A stretch of DNA of 64,000 bases from NCBI GenBank assembly GCA_018003015.1, contig JAGNEZ010000001.1, positions 14,808 to 78,807 on the forward strand, given 5' to 3'. The notes beneath the pieces were generated by a model. That model made no database searches. It saw nothing but the letters and a program-made list of their open reading frames with translations, and was not told where the DNA came from. This DNA is from Phycisphaerae bacterium. GTDB taxonomy: Bacteria; Planctomycetota; Phycisphaerae; UBA1845; PWPN01. A program made the translations under genes and the position numbers. Positions 56,477 to 64,000 of the stretch are shown here, piece after piece (position 1 is the stretch's first letter; every line of letters begins with the position of its first letter).

Positions 56477-57721
56477 ATGGCTGCCGAATCCGCGTCACGA
56501 TCGCCGGAAAATGACTCCGGCCCCATCTCCCCCGGGGGATCCGATTTTTCCGCATCCGCGGACGCCAGGAGCGGCGACACCGCTGCCGGCCAGGGCGGAA
56601 CCGATCTCCGAATCACCGAGCAGAACGCCCGCGCGGTCTTCGAGATGCTCCTCCGCAATATGGAGGCCGCCCCCGGCCGCCCCAAGGCCACCGACCTGCA
56701 CCTGAACCCCGGCCGTCCCCCAGACTACCGCATCGAGCGGGTCATCCGGAGTGTGAAGTCCAAGCCACTGACCCCCAACGACCTCGGCCTCATCACGACC
56801 GCGATGATGAACGAGAACCAGCGGCAACGGTTCAACCGCAACCATTGTATCGACATGTCCTACCACCTGGACCGTAACCGCTTCCGCGTCAACATCGTCG
56901 AGTCATTCATCGGACGCAGCATCTCGCTCCGCCGGTTCGACGAGATCAAGGACTTCTCGGCCTACAACCTGCCCAACAACTACATCGATATCGCCGAGGG
57001 CCACCGCGGCTTCGTGGTCATGTCCGGATCGACCGGCAGCGGCAAGACCACCTCGATCGCGGCCATGCTCGACCACATCAACCGCAACTTCCACCGCAAG
57101 GTGGTCACGATCGAAGACCCCATCGAGTACGTCTACACCGCGAAGAAATCGATTGTGGTTCAAATCGAGATCGGCGAGGACGGCATCCCCAACGAGGATA
57201 TCGCCCTGCGTAACCTGGTCCGCATGGACCCCGACGTGGGCTTGGCCGGCGAAATGCGCGACCGGGCCTCGCTCGAGGCCGCTCTCAAGACCGCCCAGGC
57301 CGGTCACCTGATCTACGGCACCCTCCACTGCGAAGGCGCCGGACAGGCCTTCGACCGCATCCTGGCCTATTACGATGTGACCGAACAGCAGCGAATCCTC
57401 GGCACCCTGGCCGACAACCTGGCCGCGATCATTAACCAGCGGCTTCTGCCTTGCCTCAAGCCTGGGATCGACGTCGTTCCGGCCTACGAGATCTTCATGC
57501 CGAACCCCCTGACCCGGCGGTACATCCGCGAACGCCGTTACGTCGACGCGATCGCCGAGATGGACAAACCGGCGATGAAGGAAATCGGCTGTGTCACATA
57601 TGTGGACTCACTCCACCGGCTGGTCACGGAGGAGTGGGTTGACTTCCATCTCGCCCTCGAGCACGCCGGCGACCAGGCCGAGAAGCTCAAGAGCCGGCTC
57701 AAGGGAATCGAACTCAAGTAA
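56477..57721 (+). CDS. pilT: PilT/PilU-family secretion ATPase with N-terminal low-complexity extension
   Basis: ATDLHLNPGRPPDYRIE, Walker A SGSTGSGKTT, Asp box DPDVGLAGEMRD, His box GHLIYGTLHC. The first ~45 aa are Ser/Gly/Asp-rich. Confidence 0.8.
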   Translation: MAAESASRSPENDSGPISPGGSDFSASADARSGDTAAGQGGTDLRITEQNARAVFEMLLRNMEAAPGRPKATDLHLNPGRPPDYRIERVIRSVKSKPLTPNDLGLITTAMMNENQRQRFNRNHCIDMSYHLDRNRFRVNIVESFIGRSISLRRFDEIKDFSAYNLPNNYIDIAEGHRGFVVMSGSTGSGKTTSIAAMLDHINRNFHRKVVTIEDPIEYVYTAKKSIVVQIEIGEDGIPNEDIALRNLVRMDPDVGLAGEMRDRASLEAALKTAQAGHLIYGTLHCEGAGQAFDRILAYYDVTEQQRILGTLADNLAAIINQRLLPCLKPGIDVVPAYEIFMPNPLTRRYIRERRYVDAIAEMDKPAMKEIGCVTYVDSLHRLVTEEWVDFHLALEHAGDQAEKLKSRLKGIELK

Positions 57722-57735
57722 ACCTTCGAGGCCTC

Positions 57736-58722
57736 ATGCAAGCATCGTGCATACTGACTCTGGTGTGGGCGGTCGCCGCTCCGATGCCGGGCGATCGGCT
57801 CCCCCCCGCCTCTGCGCCGTCGACTCCGGCCGACGTCCGGATCATGACCTTCAACATCCGCTACGGCACGGCAAATGACGGTGAGAACCGCTGGGAGAAT
57901 CGCCGAGAGATGGCGTTCGAGATCATCCGCAGGCACAAGCCGGACATCCTCGGCCTGCAGGAGGCCCTGCGGTTCCAGATCGACGAGATTCGCGAGGCGG
58001 TACCGGGCCTCGAGGAGGTCGGCGTCGGCCGGGACGACGGCAAGGCGAAGGGCGAGTTCAGCGTCATTCTCTACCGGCGAGACCGCTTCAAGCTAGGCGA
58101 GCACGGCACGTTCTGGCTGTCGGATACGCCCGAGGTGCCCGGTTCCAAGCATTGGGGCAACAGCATCACCCGCGTCTGTACCTGGGCCAGATTCCTCGAG
58201 GCGAAGGGCGAGAACGCCGACCGGGCCGCCTTGCCCCCGGGACCGGGCTTCTACGTGTTCAACACCCACCTCGACCACCAATCACAACCGGCCCGCGAAA
58301 AAGGAATCCGGCTGATCCTGAAGCGAATCGGGGCCCGCTCTCATCCCGAACCGTTCGTTCTGACGGGCGACTTCAACGCGGGCGAGGACAATCCAACCCT
58401 CGCCTTTGCCAAGGGCATGATGACCAGCACCGCCCCCGCGGCAGGGCTCTCCGCAACGAGCGCCCAGGCTCGGCTCTGGCCACGACTGGTCGACACGTTT
58501 CGCGTCGCCTACCCCGACGAGAAGGTCGTCGGCACGTTCAACGGTTTCGAGGGTCGTACCACCGGAGATAAGATCGACTACATCCTGGTGCCGCCCGGCA
58601 TCAAAGTCCGCGAGGCAGAAATCATCCGCGACCATCGCGGGGACCGGTATCCATCGGACCATTTCCCGCTCATTGCGACGCTGGAGCTGCGTCCATCCGC
58701 CACCCAGCCGGGTGGACGCTAA
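57736..58722 (+). CDS. Secreted endonuclease/exonuclease/phosphatase (EEP) family protein
   Basis: Signal MQASCILTLVWAVAAP. IMTFNIRYG, DILGLQEA, FNTHLDH, YPSDHFPLIATL. Confidence 0.85.
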   Translation: MQASCILTLVWAVAAPMPGDRLPPASAPSTPADVRIMTFNIRYGTANDGENRWENRREMAFEIIRRHKPDILGLQEALRFQIDEIREAVPGLEEVGVGRDDGKAKGEFSVILYRRDRFKLGEHGTFWLSDTPEVPGSKHWGNSITRVCTWARFLEAKGENADRAALPPGPGFYVFNTHLDHQSQPAREKGIRLILKRIGARSHPEPFVLTGDFNAGEDNPTLAFAKGMMTSTAPAAGLSATSAQARLWPRLVDTFRVAYPDEKVVGTFNGFEGRTTGDKIDYILVPPGIKVREAEIIRDHRGDRYPSDHFPLIATLELRPSATQPGGR

Positions 58723-58856
58723 CCGCAAGGCCATTTAGAATCCCGAGGCACGAGTGGGCCTCCGTGCCACCCGATCGAAGCGCCACCCCAACCAGGGGAG
58801 ACCGTGGCCGCGCCATGCTGAGGCCCCCGGACCGTCGTTTCCTCATAGAGGTCTTC

Positions 58857-59882
58857 ATGCCAGAGAAACTCGTCATCATCGGATCCGGACCCGCGGGTTG
58901 GACGGCGGCCATCTATGCCGCCCGGGCCAATCTCGAGCCCCTGGTCTTCGCCGGACGTCCCAAACAGGACCCCGCCACCATCCTGCCGGGCGGGCAACTC
59001 ATGCTCACCACCGAGGTGGACAACTTCCCGGGTTTCCCAAGAGGCGTCACCGGCCCCACACTCATGAGCTCCCTCGAGCAGCAAGCGGTCCGTTTCGGTA
59101 CCCGCATCCAGACGGACGAAGGGCAGACGCCGGATGTCTCCAACCCCGACGACGGACATACCTACAAGTACCATGACTGCAAGCGGGTGGATCTGTTCCG
59201 CCGGCCGTTCAAGGTCATCGGCGAGGACAACTCCGTCATCGAGACGCACACCCTCATCGTGGCCACCGGGGCAACCGCCAACTGGCTGGGGCTCGAGAAT
59301 GAGATGCGGCTCGCCCGGACCGGCGGCGGCGTCAGCGCCTGCGCCATCTGCGACGGAGCCCTGCCAATCTTTCGCGGCAAGGAGGTTGCTGTCGTTGGCG
59401 GCGGCGACTCGGCCGTCGAGGAGGCGAGCTACCTCACCAAGTTCGCCGGCAAGGTCTACATGATCCATCGCCGTGATCAGCTCCGGGCCAGCAAGATCAT
59501 GGCCCAGCGCGCATTGAGCAACCCCAAGATCCAGATCCTCTGGAACAAGATCCCGATCGATGTCCTCGGGCAGGACCGGATCAGGGCCCTCAAACTCAAG
59601 GACACCGTCACCGGCCAAGTGAGCGATCTGCCCGTCGGCGGCCTGTTCATGGCCATCGGGCACACCCCGGCTACGGCGTTTCTCGAGGGACAACTCGAGC
59701 TGGACAAGAAGGGCTACATCAAGCTGGCGGACTCGTACCGCACGACGACCAGCGTCGACGGCGTGTTCGCGGCGGGCGATGTCGTGGACAGCGTCTATCG
59801 CCAGGCGATCACCGCGGCCGGCATGGGCTGCAAGGCCGCAATCGACGCGGAGCGATGGCTGGTCGAACACGAGATCGAGTGA
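58857..59882 (+). CDS. trxB: Thioredoxin-disulfide reductase
   Basis: Start trimmed to MPEKLVIIGSGPAGWTAAIYAARA. Redox centre GVSACAICDG, NADPH site VVGGGDSAVEEA / HRRDQLRAS, and GVFAAGDV. Confidence 0.9.
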   Translation: MPEKLVIIGSGPAGWTAAIYAARANLEPLVFAGRPKQDPATILPGGQLMLTTEVDNFPGFPRGVTGPTLMSSLEQQAVRFGTRIQTDEGQTPDVSNPDDGHTYKYHDCKRVDLFRRPFKVIGEDNSVIETHTLIVATGATANWLGLENEMRLARTGGGVSACAICDGALPIFRGKEVAVVGGGDSAVEEASYLTKFAGKVYMIHRRDQLRASKIMAQRALSNPKIQILWNKIPIDVLGQDRIRALKLKDTVTGQVSDLPVGGLFMAIGHTPATAFLEGQLELDKKGYIKLADSYRTTTSVDGVFAAGDVVDSVYRQAITAAGMGCKAAIDAERWLVEHEIE

Positions 59883-59893
59883 AACCCGCAACC

Positions 59894-60709
59894 ATGGACG
59901 AACAACTTCCGAATACTGGCCTGAGCCGAACAGTCGACCGCGATAGGGGCAAGCGGTTCCTGCTCGTGGTCGGGCTAATCCTCGAACTGATCATGATGGC
60001 GGCCGGCTTGTGGCCGGCCATCTGGCTGATCCTTCGGTTCGGGGTCGGCAGCTCGTCAGTAGCCGTCTGGATCCTGGTTCTCCTGGCGGCCGTCTTCGCC
60101 TTCAACTATGGCTATCTCCTGGCACTGCTGGGGTTTCGCATCATCATCCCGTACCCGACCCCCGGACTGCACCAACTGGGTCCGGACGGTCGTCCGCCTC
60201 TGGTCTTGCTGGTGTTCTTGCTCAACACCCTGCTGTCAAAAGCCCGATTCGATCCGCCGTGGGCGGCCATGTTCTCATCCGTACTCACCAGGGTCTGGCC
60301 CCTCCGCCCTCTCTTCCGCCGGTACTTCGGACCGCATACCTCCTCGACCACGCTCGGCGATACGGTGAAGTTGCTCGATCCCTACCTCGTCGAAGCAGGC
60401 AGCAATGTGCAGTTCGGCTTCGACTGCATGATCGCCTGTCACCATTTCGACCATCGCGGCTTCTATCTCGCCAAGGTCACGATCGGCGACAACGCCGTGA
60501 TCGGGGGGCAGGCCCTGCTGACCGCCGGCGTGGAGGTCGGCCCTCATGCGGTCATCGCGGCCAGATCCTTTGTCCTGCCGGACACGAAGATCGGCGCTCA
60601 CGAATACTGGGGAGGTTCGCCCGCCCGGAGAGTCCGCGATGTGACCGCCAAGAGCAGTTCCGGCGTCCGGCCACCCGCTCGGCCGGATTCAACTCCACCG
60701 TCACCCTGA
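59894..60709 (+). CDS. Membrane protein with C-terminal left-handed beta-helix (hexapeptide acyltransferase-like) domain
   Basis: Start set at MDEQLPNTG. The N-terminal half has 3-4 predicted TM helices. The C-terminus IGDNAVIGGQALLTAGVEVGPHAVIAARSFVLPDTKIG shows hexapeptide periodicity. Confidence 0.6.
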   Translation: MDEQLPNTGLSRTVDRDRGKRFLLVVGLILELIMMAAGLWPAIWLILRFGVGSSSVAVWILVLLAAVFAFNYGYLLALLGFRIIIPYPTPGLHQLGPDGRPPLVLLVFLLNTLLSKARFDPPWAAMFSSVLTRVWPLRPLFRRYFGPHTSSTTLGDTVKLLDPYLVEAGSNVQFGFDCMIACHHFDHRGFYLAKVTIGDNAVIGGQALLTAGVEVGPHAVIAARSFVLPDTKIGAHEYWGGSPARRVRDVTAKSSSGVRPPARPDSTPPSP

Positions 60710-60730
60710 GCTTCTTCGAGGAGATCATCA

Positions 60731-63622
60731 ATGATCCCGAGAATCGGCGGCTGGCACACCATTCGCAATCTGGCCACGATCGCCACTCTGGCGTGGGTGG
60801 CTACCGGCTGCACCGAGCCATTCATCAACAACCTGGACTGGCAAAACAGCCGGCTTCGAGCCACGTGGACGCGCGGCGAGTCCGCCCTGACCCTGTCCAA
60901 CCGGCAAACCGGCCAGAGACTGGCCATCCCCATCGGCCCTACAGAGCTGGAAATCGACTCGGGCAAGGTCTCGGGATTCGACGGCTCCTCCGCTCGCCCG
61001 ATGGTGATCCCCGCGATCGTCGGCGAGGTCTGGCGGTTCAGCTGGCCGGCCAAGCCGCTCCCGGGCTCGGGTGCGGCCGTGCGCTGCCGGACCAGCATCG
61101 AGCTCGACCGCTCCTCACCCCGGATCGGCAAGCGCGTGGTCATCGAGATCGAACGATCCGACCGGCCGGTCTTGCTGAAGGAGGTCGTAATCGATGCCCT
61201 GAGTCTCAAGGGGCTGAATGCCCGCCAGCCGTTCGAGGGCTGGCAAAGCTATCCAGTACTGTGTGATTCGTTCTACGCGGGCGTCGAGTTCCCCGCTGCC
61301 CAGGCCGTGGTGCGGAACGACATCGCGAGCCTGTCCTGTAAGCCAGGTGTCCGATTGGCGGCCGGACAGAGCTATCACGCCAAGCCCACCGTCTATGGCG
61401 TCTGCCCCTCCGGCCGGAGCCGCGAAGCATTCGAATCCTACATCGCCTCCTTGCGCCCGCTGTCGCCACCCATGCACATCCAGTACAACAGCTGGTGGTC
61501 GGCGCCGTATCCCTTCACCGAGCAGCACATGCTGGACATCATCCGTGTGTTCCAGCAACAGTACTACGGACCCCATGGCGGCCCGCTGGACAGCTTCTGC
61601 CTGGACATGGGCTGGGCACGCAGTCAGTCGATGTGGCAGATCGACAGCGCCAACTTCCCGCAAGGCTTCCGACCGCTGGCCCGCGAGTTGGGCAGGATGG
61701 GAGCCTCCGTAGCCCTCTGGACATCGCCCAGCAGCTGCTACCCCCACGCCGGCGGCCTGGACAGCGAGTGGGCCATGCGAAACGGGTACGAGACGTTCAA
61801 GACCGCCAAGGTCGGCGGTATTCGCTATGCCTGCCTGGCCGGCCCAAAATACGCCGCAGGATTCCGCGACGCCCTTGTCAGACACGTTCGCAAGTACCGG
61901 ATCGCCCACTACAAATTCGACGGCTACCAGCCGATGTGTCCCGAGCGTGACCACGGCCACGAGCCAGGCGAGCTGTCCGCTGAGAAGATGGCCGAGGGCT
62001 TCATCGCCACCTGCCAGGCCCTGCGAAAGAGCAACCCGAGCATCTGGATGGAAGCCACGTGCTTCGGATTCAAGCCCAGCCCCTGGTGGCTGGCCCACGT
62101 CAACACCGTCATTGGCACCTTCGGCGACGACGCCCCGGGTGGCCGGGTCGCCTGCCCGGTCTACCGCGAGAGCTACACCACCGCCCGCGACTTCTTCAAC
62201 CTCCAGGGCGCCCGCGACATCCTCATGCCCATCTACGCCCAGGAAGTGCTGGGCATCATCCACCAGACCGCCGAGCCGCTCCAGAACGACGCCGTGGTCT
62301 CCGTCCTGCGCGGGCACAGTTTTATCCCACTCTACATCAATCCGAAGCACATGACGCCCAGGCGATGGCGATTCCTTGCCCATTTGATGACCTGGTCCCG
62401 CCGAAACGCCGACCTCCTGGCCCACACCAAACCCATCCTGACCGGCGACTGGAACGACGAGAGGAAAACCCGGGTCTGGGAGCAGGATATCCCTCGCGAT
62501 CCCTACGGCTACGCTCATTTCGATCGTGGTCGGGGCCTGCTCATGGTACGCAATCCCTGGGCCAAACCTCGCCAGGTGGAACTCAAACTGGACGAGTCGC
62601 TCGGCGTCGACAAGAACCTCGCCAACGCTCCCATGGCGTGCCTCTATCCCCAATTCGGCCGCTTGGCGGGCTACTTCTCATACGGCCACACCCTGACACT
62701 CGAACTGCGACCGTACGAGACTCGCTTGATCGCTCTCGGCGGCTACCAGGAAGCACCGGCCCTGCCGGAAGCCCGCTCGAAGGTGACCGCGGATGCCCTT
62801 CAGTCCGAGATCTCCCCGGATCACAGAGTACGCCTGGCGTTCACCGCCGGTGGCCATGCGCCGGACAAACAACTCTGGCTGCTCTGCGAGGCCAAGACGC
62901 CTTTCCAGATGCCTGAGTCTCGGGTCACAGCCGGGGGCAGGACGATCGAGGCTCAAGTCAGCGAGTCAGCCGCCGGATGGCGAGCCGGGCGTTCGGCGCC
63001 GGGGGGATGGACTTGGGCGATCTTCGATCTGCCCGCCGGCACCACCCGGGTGGAGGCCGAGTTCCAGCCGCAGGATGATGTGCGCGCCTCCGCCTGGCTG
63101 ATCGGCAAGGAAGCCGTGGACGACGAGCCCAAGACATCCGGACCAATCCCGCCCCCCGAAGAGCGGATTCTTGACGCCGTGGAGATCCTGGCCCCGGTCG
63201 CCCTCAGCTGGAACGAGCCAGCCAACAAGGTCAACGTCGCCCTCACGGCAGAGGGCGCCAAGGCCACCGCTTCATCCGTGTGGGCGGCGGAACACACCCC
63301 GGACAAGGCGATCGACGGCAACCCAGAAACGAGATGGAACAGCGCCAAGGGGGAGACGGCCGGTGCATGGCTGTCCGTGGACTTCGGCAAACCATTTACC
63401 ATCAGCACGATCAACTTCAAGGAAGCAGCCGGCGGCCGAATCACCAGCTACAAACTGCAAGTCGGAAGCGGCAATGAATGGAAAGACCTGATCACCGCGG
63501 TCAAACCGGCAAAGAGGACGATCGTTCGCCATCGCTTCCCTGCGGTCGAGACAAGCAGAATCCGCCTGCTGGTCGTCGCCGCCACCGAAGTGCCTACCAT
63601 CTACGAGATCGAAGCGAAATAG
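60731..63622 (+). CDS. Large lipoprotein: putative TIM-barrel glycoside hydrolase (GH27/GH36-like) with C-terminal F5/8 type C (discoidin/CBM32-like) domain
   Basis: Signal/lipobox LAWVATGC. Central region has LDSFCLDMGWA and IAHYKFDGY (clan GH-D-like patterns; weak, from memory). The C-terminal AIDGNPETRWNSAKGETAGAWLSVDFGKPFTISTINF is a clear discoidin signature. Confidence 0.6.
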   Translation: MIPRIGGWHTIRNLATIATLAWVATGCTEPFINNLDWQNSRLRATWTRGESALTLSNRQTGQRLAIPIGPTELEIDSGKVSGFDGSSARPMVIPAIVGEVWRFSWPAKPLPGSGAAVRCRTSIELDRSSPRIGKRVVIEIERSDRPVLLKEVVIDALSLKGLNARQPFEGWQSYPVLCDSFYAGVEFPAAQAVVRNDIASLSCKPGVRLAAGQSYHAKPTVYGVCPSGRSREAFESYIASLRPLSPPMHIQYNSWWSAPYPFTEQHMLDIIRVFQQQYYGPHGGPLDSFCLDMGWARSQSMWQIDSANFPQGFRPLARELGRMGASVALWTSPSSCYPHAGGLDSEWAMRNGYETFKTAKVGGIRYACLAGPKYAAGFRDALVRHVRKYRIAHYKFDGYQPMCPERDHGHEPGELSAEKMAEGFIATCQALRKSNPSIWMEATCFGFKPSPWWLAHVNTVIGTFGDDAPGGRVACPVYRESYTTARDFFNLQGARDILMPIYAQEVLGIIHQTAEPLQNDAVVSVLRGHSFIPLYINPKHMTPRRWRFLAHLMTWSRRNADLLAHTKPILTGDWNDERKTRVWEQDIPRDPYGYAHFDRGRGLLMVRNPWAKPRQVELKLDESLGVDKNLANAPMACLYPQFGRLAGYFSYGHTLTLELRPYETRLIALGGYQEAPALPEARSKVTADALQSEISPDHRVRLAFTAGGHAPDKQLWLLCEAKTPFQMPESRVTAGGRTIEAQVSESAAGWRAGRSAPGGWTWAIFDLPAGTTRVEAEFQPQDDVRASAWLIGKEAVDDEPKTSGPIPPPEERILDAVEILAPVALSWNEPANKVNVALTAEGAKATASSVWAAEHTPDKAIDGNPETRWNSAKGETAGAWLSVDFGKPFTISTINFKEAAGGRITSYKLQVGSGNEWKDLITAVKPAKRTIVRHRFPAVETSRIRLLVVAATEVPTIYEIEAK

Positions 63623-63747
63623 CCCGCCCTGGAAGCATCTTGACGCTCAGACCTTTTCCTCCCCGTCTCCAGGAAGGAAACAAAGAGGGCGTCATTCCAC
63701 CTTTCGGCGTTTCGGCTTTGTCCTTGCTGATTGATGACCACTACCCC

Positions 63748-64000
63748 TCAGCTCCCGCAGTCTGAATCAACCAAGACGTTCGGGCCGCCAAAACAGCGCT
63801 GGAGGAAGCCGAAATCGGATTGATCGACGTCGCCGTCGTTGTCGAAATCTCTGTGCATGCAGCCAGATGCCGCCGGGACTGCCGGACCACTCAGGCACGC
63901 CACAAAGTGCTCCACATCATTCCGGTCCACCCGGCCGTCGCAGTCGATATCCCACGGCGGGCAAATCCGCGTAACTGCCAGCCTAGCGACGCCCTCATTG
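63748..64000 (-). CDS. 3' end of a gene extending past the window; C-terminal EF-hand/dockerin-like module
   Basis: The reading frame is open to the window edge. The C-terminus FVACLSGPAVPAASGCMHRDFDNDGDVDQSDFGFLQRCF matches the module inside the giant protein at 41880-42012. Confidence 0.6.
   Translation of the reverse strand, partial: NEGVARLAVTRICPPWDIDCDGRVDRNDVEHFVACLSGPAVPAASGCMHRDFDNDGDVDQSDFGFLQRCFGGPNVLVDSDCGS

Overview
GC-rich bacterial chromosomal window, most consistent with Planctomycetota/PVC. Supporting signs are an H-X9-DG prepilin-type protein, a PEP-CTERM protein, a Cys-type sulfatase, many secreted or lipoprotein CAZymes, recurring 'DxDxDGDVDQSDF' EF-hand/dockerin-like modules, and housekeeping genes scattered outside classical operons. 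I call 42 protein-coding genes (one cut by the window end), one tRNA-Asn(GTT), a few promoter and terminator candidates, and one in-gene 93-bp tandem-repeat array. I saw no rRNA, CRISPR array, transposase, integrase, reverse transcriptase or phage genes. Housekeeping genes are sat, infC, thrS, ilvC, trpF, nadD, proS, trxB and corA. Carbohydrate genes include a GH5 mannanase / 2-epimerase / GH130 phosphorylase operon, a second GH5, a DUF4838-like protein, a GH-D-like protein with a discoidin domain, a sulfatase-pfkB-xylA-like cluster, and a fused fucokinase/GDP-fucose pyrophosphorylase. Many ORF-track entries are long antisense 'mirror' ORFs typical of high-GC DNA, and many true genes start well inside the track ORF; I trimmed starts using signal peptides, family N-termini and RBS. 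The most unusual content lies downstream of the tRNA-Asn (35.3-48.9 kb): a SWIM-SNF2 helicase, a secreted serpin, an 840-bp structured spacer, and a 1485-aa mosaic secreted protein. That protein combines a LamG-like region, an unassigned His-rich core, near-identical thrombospondin-type-3 repeats, an EF-hand module, and an FGE/C-lectin-fold domain lacking the catalytic Cys pair; it is preceded by a pseudopilin and an ABC exporter. Other points worth a second look are a URO-D/MtaA-like::thioredoxin fusion translationally coupled to a COG0523 GTPase, a class-I xylose-isomerase homologue with an altered metal ligand paired with a PfkB kinase, a non-AUG infC start, and a ~70-aa insertion in ThrRS. 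I cannot demonstrate a clearly novel multi-gene 'system'; the candidates are ranked honestly below.
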